Assembly: GCA_963843145.1 (NCBI GenBank)
Contig: CAWJJC010000021.1
Span: forward strand, 1-64,000
Length of the DNA stretch: 64,000 bases
Direction: 5' to 3'
Source: an uncultured delta proteobacterium
Lineage (GTDB): Bacteria > Desulfobacterota > RBG-13-43-22
In this document: in pieces, positions 39,101-49,750 of the stretch
Numbering within the stretch: position 1 is the stretch's first letter
How the letters are laid out: each line of letters starts with the position of its first letter
Position numbers and translations under genes: made by a program
The notes under the pieces: model-generated
Seen by the model: the letters and a program-made list of their open reading frames with translations, nothing else
Told to the model about the DNA's origin: nothing
The model's database searches: none

Positions 39101-40090
39101 ATGCCCATTTTTATTCAAGGAACCGGATCGTATCTCCCTCCCCAGGTGTTGCATAACCGAGACCTGGAAAAAATATTGGAGACCAACGATGAATGGATCA
39201 CCCAGCGGACCGGGATTCGTGAGCGGCGGGTGGCCGAGCCCCAGGTGGCCGCCTCCGACCTGGCCCTGGAGGCCTCCCGGAGGGCTTTGGAAATGGCCGG
39301 GATGAAGGTGGCGGACCTGCAGCTCATCATCGTAGCCACCATCACCCCGGATACCCACTGCCCGGCCGCGTCCAACTGGTTGCAGGCCAAATTGGGGGCC
39401 GACCAGGCGGTGACTTTTGACATTACCGCCGCCTGTTCCGGTTTCGTTTTTGCCCTGAACGTGGCGGAACAATATCTGAAGGCCGGGACTTTCCAAACGA
39501 TCCTGGTCGTGGCCTCGGAGATCATGACTCGAACCTTAAACTGGAAAGACCGGACTTCGGCCATCCTCTGGGGTGACGGGGCCGGTGCCGTGGTGTTGAC
39601 CGTGGATCAAGGAGGGCAGGGCCACCCGATCCTCTCCACCCACATTCACACCGACGGGGCCAACGGGGCCAACCTGCTCCTGCCGGGTGGCGGCTCCAAG
39701 ACCACGCCCATCTCCCATGAAAGCGTGGATCGGGACCTCCATACGCTTAAACTCATCGAGGCCAGCGCCTCGGTGCGGGTGGCGGTGAAACATTTTGCCG
39801 AAGCCTGTGTCGAAGCGGTAGAAACCAACGGGTACACCCTGGGAGAGGTGGACTGGGTAATTCCCCACCAGGCCAACCTGCGAATGCTCCAATCTCTGGC
39901 CAAGCGGCTGAATGTGCCTATAGAAAAGTTCTATCTGACGTTGCAGAAATTCGGGAATATTTCGTCGGCTTCCATCCCCATCGCTTTGGACGAGGCAGTC
40001 CGGACGGGGGCCATTCGGAAAGACCAGTTGGTAGTGCTAACGGCCTTTGGGGGAGGATTGACTTGGGCGAGCGCGCTGATTAGGTGGTAA
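39101..40090 (+). CDS. fabH: 3-oxoacyl-ACP synthase III
   Basis: GTGSYLP, WITQRTGI, AACSGF, GDGAGA, PHQAN, GNISSAS, AFGGGLTW. Confidence 0.95.
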   Translation: MPIFIQGTGSYLPPQVLHNRDLEKILETNDEWITQRTGIRERRVAEPQVAASDLALEASRRALEMAGMKVADLQLIIVATITPDTHCPAASNWLQAKLGADQAVTFDITAACSGFVFALNVAEQYLKAGTFQTILVVASEIMTRTLNWKDRTSAILWGDGAGAVVLTVDQGGQGHPILSTHIHTDGANGANLLLPGGGSKTTPISHESVDRDLHTLKLIEASASVRVAVKHFAEACVEAVETNGYTLGEVDWVIPHQANLRMLQSLAKRLNVPIEKFYLTLQKFGNISSASIPIALDEAVRTGAIRKDQLVVLTAFGGGLTWASALIRW

Positions 40091-40131
40091 CAAAGGAACA
40101 GAGGAAAGGGACGAGGATCAACCATAAAGAA

Positions 40132-40268
40132 AAATCCGAAATTCGAAGCACGAAATCCGAAACAAGCACGAAGGTCCAAAATCACAATGTTCAAAACGAG
40201 AAACTTTTGAATTTTGATATTTGGTCATTTGAATTTGTTTCGGATTTGGATATTCGAATTTCGGATTT
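40132..40268. repeat. Heptamer-built inverted-repeat element (empty form; copies at 48718-48902 and 59335-59462)
   Basis: aaatccgaaattcgaagcacgaaatccgaaacaa...ttgtttcggatttggatattcgaatttcggattt. Confidence 0.85.
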
Positions 40269-40298
40269 AAACCAATAAGATAGGATGAAAGGCCTGGA

Positions 40299-41558
<1,260 letters not shown>

Positions 41559-41588
41559 TTATCCTTTCTATTGAGGCCTATTTCGCGG

Positions 41589-42779
41589 CTATTTTTTGGA
41601 AGCCCGCAGTTTATTATGAATTCCGGCTTTTCCCCGGAGGACGTCGATCTTGTCGATCTTTTCCCAGGTGAAACCGGGTTCAGTCCGTCCGAAGTGGCCA
41701 TAGGCCGCCGTGTCTTTAAAAATCGGGCGCAACAAGTTCAGGTGCCGGATGATGTCGGCCGGTTTGAAACTGAAGGTCTCCCGGATGATGCGGTTTAACT
41801 GATCATCGGGAAGCTTCCCGGTCCCGCGGGTATCCACGAAAATGGAAAGCGGGTCGGCCTGTCCGATGGTATAGGCCACCTGGAGCCGACAGACGTCGGC
41901 CAGACCGGCGGCGACCACGTTTTTGGCCACATAGCGGGCCATATAGGAAGAACTGCGATCTACTTTGGAGGGATCCTTCCCGGAAAAGGCTCCGCCTCCG
42001 TGGCTTCCCCGGCCCCCGTAGGTGTCGGCGATGATTTTTCGGCCGGTCATGCCGCAGTCCCCCAAGGGGCCGCCGACGACGAAACGCCCGGTGGTGTTGA
42101 TCAAGAACTGGGTTTTCTTGTTCAGCAAAGAGGCCGGAATGACTTTTTTGATCACGGTTTCAATAATGCCTTCCCGGAGTTTTTTATAGGTGACATCGGG
42201 GGTGTGCTGGGCGGCAATCACCACGGTGGGGATGGAAACCGGTTTTCCATTTAAATACTCCACGGTCACCTGGGTCTTCCCGTCAGGGCGGAGGAATTTA
42301 AGGATACCCTTTTTGCGGACCTCCGCCAGTCGTCGCGCCAGTCGATGGGCGTACCAAATAGGCATGGGCATATAATCTTTGGTTTCGTTGCAGGCGTAAC
42401 CGAACATCATCCCCTGGTCTCCGGCCCCCTGTTCTTTCTTCACGTCTCCGTTGACCCCCTGAGCGATATCCGGAGACTGCTTGTCGATGCTGGTCAAGAC
42501 GGCGCAGGTCTCCCAGTCGAAACCCATGGAAGAATCGTTATACCCTATTTCCTTGATGGTCCGCCGGACGATTCCCGGCATTTCCACGTAAGTGTTCGTG
42601 GTAATCTCTCCGGCAATTAGAACCAAGCCGGTGGTGACCAGGGTCTCGCAGGCGACCCGGGAGTTGGGGTCATCCTTTAAAATGGCATCCAAGATGGAAT
42701 CCGAGATCTGATCGGCTACTTTGTCCGGATGACCTTCGGTGACCGATTCCGAGGTAAAAAAATAGTTGGCTGAACTCAT
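41589..42779 (-). CDS. metK: Methionine adenosyltransferase
   Basis: [35 protein letters not shown]. Confidence 0.97.
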   Translation of the reverse strand: MSSANYFFTSESVTEGHPDKVADQISDSILDAILKDDPNSRVACETLVTTGLVLIAGEITTNTYVEMPGIVRRTIKEIGYNDSSMGFDWETCAVLTSIDKQSPDIAQGVNGDVKKEQGAGDQGMMFGYACNETKDYMPMPIWYAHRLARRLAEVRKKGILKFLRPDGKTQVTVEYLNGKPVSIPTVVIAAQHTPDVTYKKLREGIIETVIKKVIPASLLNKKTQFLINTTGRFVVGGPLGDCGMTGRKIIADTYGGRGSHGGGAFSGKDPSKVDRSSSYMARYVAKNVVAAGLADVCRLQVAYTIGQADPLSIFVDTRGTGKLPDDQLNRIIRETFSFKPADIIRHLNLLRPIFKDTAAYGHFGRTEPGFTWEKIDKIDVLRGKAGIHNKLRASKK

Positions 42780-42847
42780 GGGCAACCCTCCTTGAAAAAA
42801 TAAACCATATTAGTCAATCAGTTACAATTGTCAAGCCTTAAATATGT

Positions 42848-43504
42848 TTAAATAGACGGCGGGCGGGCGGCGGAGCCGGAAGAAGGGTGGCTGTTGGCCC
42901 CCGGAGCGATCAAGCCTCCGGAAACAATCAGCTTGAAGGCCTCCTCAACGGTCATTTGAAGAAAATGCAGCTCTTTTTCCGGGGCCAGCACGTAATAACC
43001 GGTGGTGGGATTGGGGGTACAGGGGATAAAAATATGCCAGATCCGTTCGCCGGCCTGACGTTCCAGTTCACCCCGGGCCGGGCCTGCGGAGAATCCTATG
43101 GAAAATACCCCCTTTCGAGGGAATTCCAACATCACCACCTGTTTAAAATGGCCGCCCGAATTCAGGAAGATGGCCTCGGTGAATTGTTTTAAGGCCTGGT
43201 AAATATTCCGGACTATGGGAATTCGGCGTACTAAGGCCTCCCATAAACCCACCATCTTTTTCCCGGCATAATTGTGGGTCGCTATACCGACCACCAAGAG
43301 GAGAAGCGTCAAGAGGACCAGGCCCAAACCAGGGAGGTGAAACCCCAGCAGGGTGTCAGGGTGGTAGGTCTTGGGGATAACGGAAAGGAATTCATCCATG
43401 ACCCCGATCAGGGCCTGGATGATATAGATGGTGATGGCCACCGGAATGACGACGATCAGCCCGGTGAGGAGGGATTTTTTTATCCAGTTTTTTAGGCGGG
43501 ACAC
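42848..43504 (-). CDS. DUF502 membrane protein
   Basis: TGLIVVIP, RIPIVRNIY, EFPRKG, PCTPNPTTG. Confidence 0.9.
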   Translation of the reverse strand: MSRLKNWIKKSLLTGLIVVIPVAITIYIIQALIGVMDEFLSVIPKTYHPDTLLGFHLPGLGLVLLTLLLLVVGIATHNYAGKKMVGLWEALVRRIPIVRNIYQALKQFTEAIFLNSGGHFKQVVMLEFPRKGVFSIGFSAGPARGELERQAGERIWHIFIPCTPNPTTGYYVLAPEKELHFLQMTVEEAFKLIVSGGLIAPGANSHPSSGSAARPPSI

Positions 43505-43516
43505 CCCGGGCCTCTA

Positions 43517-43876
43517 CTAAGCGGCTCTGAGCAAACGGCGATTCCCGGCGTCCACCTGGACGATCTTCGGTTGAAAATTCTTCAGCTCTTGTTCGTTCAG
43601 CGCAGCGTAGGTGGCAATGATGATCAGGTCCCCCACCACCCCTCTGCGGGCGGCCGCTCCGTTCAGGCAGATCTCCCCGCTTCCGCGGGCCCCTTCCACG
43701 GCATAGGTTTCAAATCGCTCCCCATTGGAAATGTTATAGACGTTGATTTGCTCAAAGGGCAGGATATCGGCGGCTTCCATCAGGTCCAGGTCTATGGTCA
43801 TACTGCCCTGGTAATGGATATTGCTATCCGTGATCGTTGCCCGATGGATTTTGGATTTTAAAAGGTGGCGCAGCAT
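43517..43876 (-). CDS. panD: Aspartate 1-decarboxylase
   Basis: [32 protein letters not shown]. Confidence 0.96.
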   Translation of the reverse strand: MLRHLLKSKIHRATITDSNIHYQGSMTIDLDLMEAADILPFEQINVYNISNGERFETYAVEGARGSGEICLNGAAARRGVVGDLIIIATYAALNEQELKNFQPKIVQVDAGNRRLLRAA

Positions 43877-43878
43877 GG

Positions 43879-44727
43879 TTACTCTACCTCCAATAGATAG
43901 TTATCGATCAGTCGGGTTTTGCCGACCCGGACCGCCAGGGCTAGAATGCCCTGAGGATTGATTGTTTCCAATTCTTTCAGGGTTTGGGGGTGAACGATTT
44001 TGGCATAGTCGATCCGATTTTCCGGGTGGCTGGACAGGACCTGGGTTACTTCGGCCAGGATTGATCCGGTTTCCCGTTCTCCCTCTCGGCACCTTTTTTG
44101 GGCGGCTGAAATGGACTGAGAGAGGGACAGGGCGGCCATTCGGTCCTCCGCTGAAAGATACACATTTCTGGAGCTCATGGCCAACCCGTCGGCTTCCCGA
44201 ACAGTCGGTCGGCCGATGACCTCGATGTCCATATTCAGGTCCCGGACCATTTGCTTAATGGTGACCACCTGTTGGTAGTCCTTCAGCCCGAAAATCGCCA
44301 TGTGTGGTTTAACTAATTGAAACAACTTGCAAACAATGGTAGCTACCCCTCGGAAATGCCCCGGCCGACTGGCCCCGCATAAGCCCTGAGTGACCTCCTC
44401 CACGGAAACGTACGTCTGATAGTCCTCCGGGTAAAGGTCTTCATGGCGGGGGGTAAAGAGGATATCCATCCCCGCCTCTTCGGCTAGTTGACGGTCCCGC
44501 TCGAAGTCGCGGGGGTATTTTTCGAAATCCTCCCCGACCCCGAACTGCAAGGGGTTGACGAACAGACTGACCACTACCTTATCGGCCACTTCCCGGCCGT
44601 GGTTCATTAAATTTAGGTGGCCGGAGTGGAAAAAACCCATGGTCGGCACCAAGGCAATCGTCCTCCCGGTCCGACGTTGATTATCCGCCCAGGATTGCAT
44701 GACTTTAAGTTCTTGAATGATTTCCAT
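43879..44727 (-). CDS. panC: Pantoate--beta-alanine ligase
   Basis: [46 protein letters not shown]. Confidence 0.96.
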   Translation of the reverse strand: MEIIQELKVMQSWADNQRRTGRTIALVPTMGFFHSGHLNLMNHGREVADKVVVSLFVNPLQFGVGEDFEKYPRDFERDRQLAEEAGMDILFTPRHEDLYPEDYQTYVSVEEVTQGLCGASRPGHFRGVATIVCKLFQLVKPHMAIFGLKDYQQVVTIKQMVRDLNMDIEVIGRPTVREADGLAMSSRNVYLSAEDRMAALSLSQSISAAQKRCREGERETGSILAEVTQVLSSHPENRIDYAKIVHPQTLKELETINPQGILALAVRVGKTRLIDNYLLEVE

Positions 44728-44744
44728 ATGCGAGTCCATCAAAC

Positions 44745-44835
44745 AAAAAAAACCCCCGGACTTCTCCCAGAGGCTGTTCAGCGCTTTTTCAGGAAGTCTC
44801 AGTCCAATCCGCTTGGATCCAAGCCGCCAAATTAA
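44745..44835 (-). ncRNA. pan RNA motif leader with downstream intrinsic terminator
   Basis: gcttggatccaagcggattggactgagac.. resembles the pan motif as I recall it; followed by gacttc..gaagtc stem and long T-run, directly upstream of panC. Confidence 0.7.
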
Positions 44836-44845
44836 ATTATTGAAT

Positions 44846-44874
44846 AGTATAATTTTTTTAATTCAGAATGTCAA
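44846..44874 (-). promoter_or_regulatory. sigma70 promoter of panCD
   Basis: TTGACA-17nt-TATACT. Confidence 0.8.
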
Positions 44875-44929
44875 CTATTGTGATGGTCTTTTATAATCAG
44901 GAAGAAGGACTTCTCCGAAGAGAGTTTTC

Positions 44930-44958
44930 TTGACGGCTGGAACCCTTCTGGTTATACT
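44930..44958 (+). promoter_or_regulatory. Divergent sigma70 promoter
   Basis: TTGACG-17nt-TATACT. Confidence 0.7.
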
Positions 44959-44985
44959 CTTTATTATGCTGATGTTATTAGTATT

Positions 44986-45126
44986 ATGGCGACCTTGAAA
45001 ACCACCGATTCCATCCAGGAATATCCCCGGCAGATTCGGAACCGTAAGCTATTAGAAGGACTGCAGCAGGGCGGTTCCGAAGAAATAGACCGCCAGGAAA
45101 AAGGGTTGGCGGACGGAAAGAAGTAG
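44986..45126 (+). CDS. Putative 46-aa small protein
   Basis: Open frame MATLKTTDSIQEYPRQIRNRKLLEGL.. just downstream of the promoter; weak RBS. Confidence 0.3.
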   Translation: MATLKTTDSIQEYPRQIRNRKLLEGLQQGGSEEIDRQEKGLADGKK

Positions 45127-45382
45127 CATTATCTCCACCTTTTGCTCGAATTACGGGAAAGGCAATCTAATCAGGGGGGATACTCCCTACCCGTACCAGT
45201 AGGCAACTTTAATCACCAACCCCTTGTGATTTGTTCGCTGAGAAGAATTAGGTCTTCAAATGGATTTTACCATTTTTTGCGAGAGCTTAGGAAACTCGGA
45301 GGGTATTTCAGAGGGTTGAATTCCCTTGACATATAACGACTTTTGATTATAGTAAACAGTTTATTTTAATTGCGGATAGACT

Positions 45383-45922
45383 TTGATGGCTGATTTAGCC
45401 CCGAAGACGAAAATTATCCCGGTAGAAGCCATCCTCCGGGAGCGGTTGACCATTAACCAGGTCCTTGACCGGGACTGGTTAAAAGAGCAGATCCGGGAAA
45501 GAAATCTGGACTTTTCCCCCGTTGGAGCGTTCTCTTTGGCCGGAGATCTTTTCGCTGCCGGATCGGAGATTTTTTTTCGAGGACGCCTGAAAGCGGAGTT
45601 TCGTCTTTCCTGCGGTCGGTGCCTGGAAGAATTCAGCATCAAAATGGACGATCCGCTGGAAGCCCAATGGCGGGTGTTCAGTCCCCCAGGGTCGAAAGGC
45701 GGCGGGAACCCGGATCAAAGGATTCAGTTGGAGGACCTGGAGACCGGGGTCAGGCAGGAAGAAGGGATTGATCTTTGGGAGACGATGCTGGAACAGGTTA
45801 TCCTGCATCTTCCCATGCGGCCTTTGTGCCGTGATTCCTGTCAAGGTTTGTGTCCGGTCTGCGGCGAAAATAGAAATATCCACCCCTGCCGGTGCGGAGA
45901 AAAGGGGAAAAACAACATTTGA
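45383..45922 (+). CDS. YceD/DUF177 protein
   Basis: CGRCLE, LPMRPLCRDSCQGLCPVCGENRN..CRC; upstream of rpmF. Confidence 0.9.
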   Translation: MMADLAPKTKIIPVEAILRERLTINQVLDRDWLKEQIRERNLDFSPVGAFSLAGDLFAAGSEIFFRGRLKAEFRLSCGRCLEEFSIKMDDPLEAQWRVFSPPGSKGGGNPDQRIQLEDLETGVRQEEGIDLWETMLEQVILHLPMRPLCRDSCQGLCPVCGENRNIHPCRCGEKGKNNI

Positions 45923-46077
45923 CGGACTCGCAAAAAGTCCGTCAGCAGCCCGAGCGCGGTTAAGCGCCGGGCTGGGGTGAGGGTGGTACCATTTGAATTC
46001 ACTTCAAATGGCGGGGGAGGGGAAGCCCTTCCCCGCCGAGCAGAAAGTCGTTTTTAGACTTTTTGCGAGGTCATCAA
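45919..46077. mobile_element. MITE-like element with 21-bp terminal inverted repeats
   Basis: ttgacggactcgcaaaaagtc / gactttttgcgaggtcatcaa (18/21); caacatttga repeated at both junctions; three internal hairpins. Confidence 0.75.
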
Positions 46078-46128
46078 CATTTGATGGTTTAAGAAAAATT
46101 CAGCTTAGCTGATTCTGGAGGAAACGCA

Positions 46129-46311
46129 ATGGCTTTACCTAAAAGAAGACATTCCCGGTCGCGGCAGGGAAAAAGGCGGGCCCATGATGCCTTGACGGCT
46201 CCGTCTCTGTCCGTCTGCCCGCAGTGCCACGAACCCAAACTCCCCCATTTTGTCTGTCCCTCCTGCGGGATCTATCGTGGGCGGAAAGTGGTTGTTCAGG
46301 AAGAGGAATAG
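46129..46311 (+). CDS. rpmF: 50S ribosomal protein L32
   Basis: [30 protein letters not shown]. Confidence 0.97.
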   Translation: MALPKRRHSRSRQGKRRAHDALTAPSLSVCPQCHEPKLPHFVCPSCGIYRGRKVVVQEEE

Positions 46312-46349
46312 GGATCAGCGCGGGTCCATCCGGCTTGGGGAATCAATTT

Positions 46350-47414
46350 TTGAATCCGATTAGAATTGCCGTCGATGCCATGGGCGGGGATCAGGCGCCG
46401 AGCGCCGCGGTACTGGGGGCTGTTCTGGCCACCAGGGAGCTGGGCATCCCTATTGTCCTGGTGGGGAACCCCGAGGCCATTAAGCAGGGGTTGGCCGGAC
46501 AAACATTTAACCGGGAGCTGATTACCATCCACCCGGCTGCGCAGGTGGCCGAGATGAGCGATGCCCCCATCGAGGTCATTCGAAAAAAGAAGGATGCCTC
46601 CATTCGGGTGGCCTTGGAGCTGGTCAAAAAGGGGGAAGTCCAGGGGGTAGTCAGCGCCGGGAACTCCGGCGCCACCATGGCCTTAAGCGTAGTGGTCCTG
46701 GGCAAGCTGCCCGGGGTGGACCGTCCGGCCTTAGGGGCTATTTTACCTTCACCCCATACCCCGACGCTGGTCATCGACGTAGGGGCCAATGTAGATTGTT
46801 CGGCATCCCAGTTGATCCAGTTCGCCATCATGGCCGAACCCCTGGCTCGGTATATCATGAAACGGCCCAATCCCCGGATCGGCCTGTTGAGCATCGGGGA
46901 GGAAGAGTCCAAAGGAAATGAACTGGTTCACCAGACCTTCGAGGGGTTGAAGAAGACCCCCCTGAATTTCGTCGGCAATGTGGAAGGGCGAGACCTTTTC
47001 AGCGGGAAGGTCGACGTGATCGTTTGCGACGGATTCGTGGGGAATGTCTGCCTTAAATTGAGTGAGGGACTGGCCGAAGCCCTTGGCCAGATGCTGAAGC
47101 AAGAAGTCCTGAAAGCGGGCCTGGTTTCCAAGCTGGGGTCTCAATTGATGAAGCCGGCGTTTAATCGTTTTTTTAAAAGGGTGGATTACGCCGAAGAGGG
47201 AGGGGTTCCTCTTCTGGGGGTCAACGGGGTAGTGGTTATCAGCCACGGGGCTTCCGGACCCAAGGCCATCATGAATGCCGTTCGGGTGGCCCGGCGGGCG
47301 GTTGAGAACCGGATCATCGACCAGGTTCTCGATTCCTTGAACCGGCACGAGCCTTTCTATCGAAGAAATAAACCCCAACGCTTTTGGGAGAGCTTCCGGA
47401 AGAAAACCGGCTAA
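46350..47414 (+). CDS. plsX: Phosphate acyltransferase PlsX
   Basis: IAVDAMGGD, SAGNSGA, GVDRPA, DVGANVD, IGEEESKG, DGFVGN, SHG. Confidence 0.96.
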   Translation: MNPIRIAVDAMGGDQAPSAAVLGAVLATRELGIPIVLVGNPEAIKQGLAGQTFNRELITIHPAAQVAEMSDAPIEVIRKKKDASIRVALELVKKGEVQGVVSAGNSGATMALSVVVLGKLPGVDRPALGAILPSPHTPTLVIDVGANVDCSASQLIQFAIMAEPLARYIMKRPNPRIGLLSIGEEESKGNELVHQTFEGLKKTPLNFVGNVEGRDLFSGKVDVIVCDGFVGNVCLKLSEGLAEALGQMLKQEVLKAGLVSKLGSQLMKPAFNRFFKRVDYAEEGGVPLLGVNGVVVISHGASGPKAIMNAVRVARRAVENRIIDQVLDSLNRHEPFYRRNKPQRFWESFRKKTG

Positions 47415-47430
47415 CCACGGGTCGGAAGAC

Positions 47431-47509
47431 GAGATCCTTCGCTTTGCTCAGGATGACAGTGGAGCGAAGGGCTCAGGATGAAAGATTGGGACTTTTCGCA
47501 AGAATATCA
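47431..47509. repeat. REP-like remnant plus MITE-like end
   Basis: gagatccttcgctttgctcaggatgaca..gctcaggatga; gacttttcgcaagaatatca resembles the right TIR at 46057-46077. Confidence 0.55.
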
Positions 47510-47561
47510 GGTAATACCAATCAAAAATATCTCTGGTTCAAATTGTTAAGAGGGGTTCAAC

Positions 47562-48719
47562 ATGGATTACTTCCTGACCGAAGAGCAGCAGATGATCAAA
47601 GAGATTGCCCGAAAAATCGCCGACGAGCGCATCAAACCGGTTCGGGCTGAATTGGATGAAAAGGAGGAATTCCCCTGGGATATTCTTAAGCTGATCGGCC
47701 AGTCGGACCTCTTTGGCGTCTATATACCCCAGGAATACGGCGGTTTCGGGGGAGGAAGCTTCGAAAATTGTCTGGCCGTGGAGGAATTGTCCCGGGCCTG
47801 TCTGGGTGTTTCCACCAGTTACGCGGCCAGCGCCCTGGGGGCGTACCCGCTCCTTTTATACGGCAACGAAGAGCAGAAGAAAAGATATTTGCCCGAAATC
47901 GCCAGCGGCCGGAAGCTGGCCGCTTTCGCGCTGACCGAATCCACGGCCGGCAGTGACGCCAGCGGCATCATGACTACGGCGGAATTAAAGGGAAACGACT
48001 ATATCCTCAACGGCACGAAACAATGGATTACCAATGGGGGCGAGGCGGAGATCTATACCGTGATCGCCATCACCGACCGCAGCAAGGGCCCTCGCGGGGC
48101 CAGCGCCTTTGTCCTGGAAAAGGGCGATCCCGGTTTTGATTTCGGTAAGAAAGAAAGTAAGATGGGTATACGGGCTTCGGCCACCCGGGAACTGATTTTC
48201 AACCAATGCCGGATCCCCAAAGACCGGTTGATCGCCCGGGAGGGGATGGGTTTTATCGTGGCCATGAAAACCTTCGACCAGTCCCGTCCCGGGGTGGGGG
48301 CTCAAGGGGTCGGCCTGGCCCAGGGGGCGCTGGAGGAGGCCGTTCAATACGCCCGTACCCGCGTCCAATTCGGCAAACCCATTATTGCCTTTCAAGCCAT
48401 CCAACACCTGCTGGCTGACATGGCTACGCTGACCGAGGCGGCCCGAGCCCTGGTCTACTCGGTGGCCCGGTATGTCGACAGCGGGGCCAAGGAGGTATCC
48501 AAGGTGTCCGCCATGGCCAAAGTCTTCGCCAGCGACACGGCCATGAAAGTGACTACCGACGCCGTTCAAGTTTTTGGAGGGACCGGATACATGCGGGATT
48601 ACCCGGTTGAAAAGATGATGCGTGATGCCAAGATCCTGCAAATCTACGAAGGCACCAACCAGGTTCAGCGCAACATCATCGGCCAGGAGCTGAATAAAGA
48701 AGGCGGAAGGAAAAAATAA
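47562..48719 (+). CDS. Acyl-CoA dehydrogenase (Bcd/CarC-like)
   Basis: AFALTESTAGSDA, LNGTKQWITNG, KMGIRAS, QFGKPI, QVFGGTGY, IYEGTNQVQR. Confidence 0.95.
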   Translation: MDYFLTEEQQMIKEIARKIADERIKPVRAELDEKEEFPWDILKLIGQSDLFGVYIPQEYGGFGGGSFENCLAVEELSRACLGVSTSYAASALGAYPLLLYGNEEQKKRYLPEIASGRKLAAFALTESTAGSDASGIMTTAELKGNDYILNGTKQWITNGGEAEIYTVIAITDRSKGPRGASAFVLEKGDPGFDFGKKESKMGIRASATRELIFNQCRIPKDRLIAREGMGFIVAMKTFDQSRPGVGAQGVGLAQGALEEAVQYARTRVQFGKPIIAFQAIQHLLADMATLTEAARALVYSVARYVDSGAKEVSKVSAMAKVFASDTAMKVTTDAVQVFGGTGYMRDYPVEKMMRDAKILQIYEGTNQVQRNIIGQELNKEGGRKK

Positions 48720-48902
48720 ACTCGAAATTCGAAGCACGAAATCGACTCGGCTGAGCCTTTCGGTAAACTCAAGGCCCTGAGCTTGTCGAAGGGCTCGTCG
48801 CAGGCCGAAACAAACACCAAGGCTCAAAACCCAAATGATCAAAACTAAAACGTTTAGAATCTTGAATCTCGGTCATTTGGATTTGTTTCGGTTTTCGGAT
48901 TT
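48718..48902. repeat. Heptamer IR element carrying a nested 62-bp palindromic insertion (48744-48805)
   Basis: Compared with the empty copy at 40132-40268. Confidence 0.85.
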
Positions 48903-48933
48903 ATCCAAAGAAGATAAGAAAAACCAATAACTT

Positions 48934-49734
48934 ATGCATATCATAGTTTGTTTGAAACAAGTCCCCGATGCCCGGCAGGTCAAGCTGGATCCGGAGACCC
49001 ACACCCTGATTCGTTCCGGGGTGGAAAGCATCATCAATCCGTACGATATGTATGCCCTGGAAGAAGGGTTGCGGATCAAAGAGCGGTTGGAAGGCACCGT
49101 GACGGTGCTGACCATGGGCCCGCCGCAGGCCGAAGCCGCGTTACGGGAGGCCATTTCCTACGGGGCGGATGAGGCGGTACTGCTTTCGGACCGGGCCTTT
49201 GCCGGGGCCGATACCTGGGCGACTACCTATACCCTGGCTCGGGGCGTTGAAAAAATCGGGCCCTTTGATTTGATCCTTTGCGGCAAGCAGGCCGTTGACG
49301 GGGACACCGCCCAGGTAGGACCCGGGCTGGCCGAACGGCTTTCTCTGCCTTATGCTGCCTGGGTGAGAAAGATCGAAACCCTGGAGCAGGGGTTGATCCG
49401 GGTCCAACGCCTGATGGATGACGGCTACGATCGTCTGGAACTTGCCCTTCCGGCCCTGCTGACCGTGGTTAAGGAGATCAATGAACCCCGGGTTCCTTCA
49501 TTAAAAGGGAAGATGCGGGCCAAGAGTCAAAAGATCCCCCTTTACGGCGCAGCCGATATCGGGGCCGATCCCCAGCAGACCGGTCTGGCCGGTTCCTATA
49601 CCCAGGTCATTCGGATTTTCGCCCCGGTGCGCGCCCGGGAAAAGGAGTGGTTGACGGGTTCGGTGGAGAACCAGGTGGGGCAGCTCCTTCAAAAATTATC
49701 CGCCCGGCAATTAATACCTGCTGCTATTTCCTGA
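48934..49734 (+). CDS. etfB: Electron transfer flavoprotein beta subunit (bifurcating-type motifs)
   Basis: VCLKQVPD, INPYD, DRAFAGADTWAT, GKQAVDGDTAQVGP. Confidence 0.95.
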   Translation: MHIIVCLKQVPDARQVKLDPETHTLIRSGVESIINPYDMYALEEGLRIKERLEGTVTVLTMGPPQAEAALREAISYGADEAVLLSDRAFAGADTWATTYTLARGVEKIGPFDLILCGKQAVDGDTAQVGPGLAERLSLPYAAWVRKIETLEQGLIRVQRLMDDGYDRLELALPALLTVVKEINEPRVPSLKGKMRAKSQKIPLYGAADIGADPQQTGLAGSYTQVIRIFAPVRAREKEWLTGSVENQVGQLLQKLSARQLIPAAIS

Positions 49735-49750
49735 TCGAGGTCGGCGCACG

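Noticed and set aside
40084-40278. 64-aa ORF after fabH (also 6674-7144)
   Set aside because: Translation of heptamer repeat elements, not a credible protein.
42786-42847. SAM/SAH riboswitch upstream of metK-ahcY
   Set aside because: Only ~60 nt, AT-rich, none of the conserved aptamer motifs.
44960-45130. 6S, SRP, tmRNA or RNase P RNA
   Set aside because: No long end-to-end stem or signature motifs; kept only as an unknown sRNA/small ORF candidate.
46224-46349. Long N-terminal extension of PlsX overlapping rpmF
   Set aside because: ORF-caller artefact; homology starts at IRIAVDAMGGD after the TTG at 46350.
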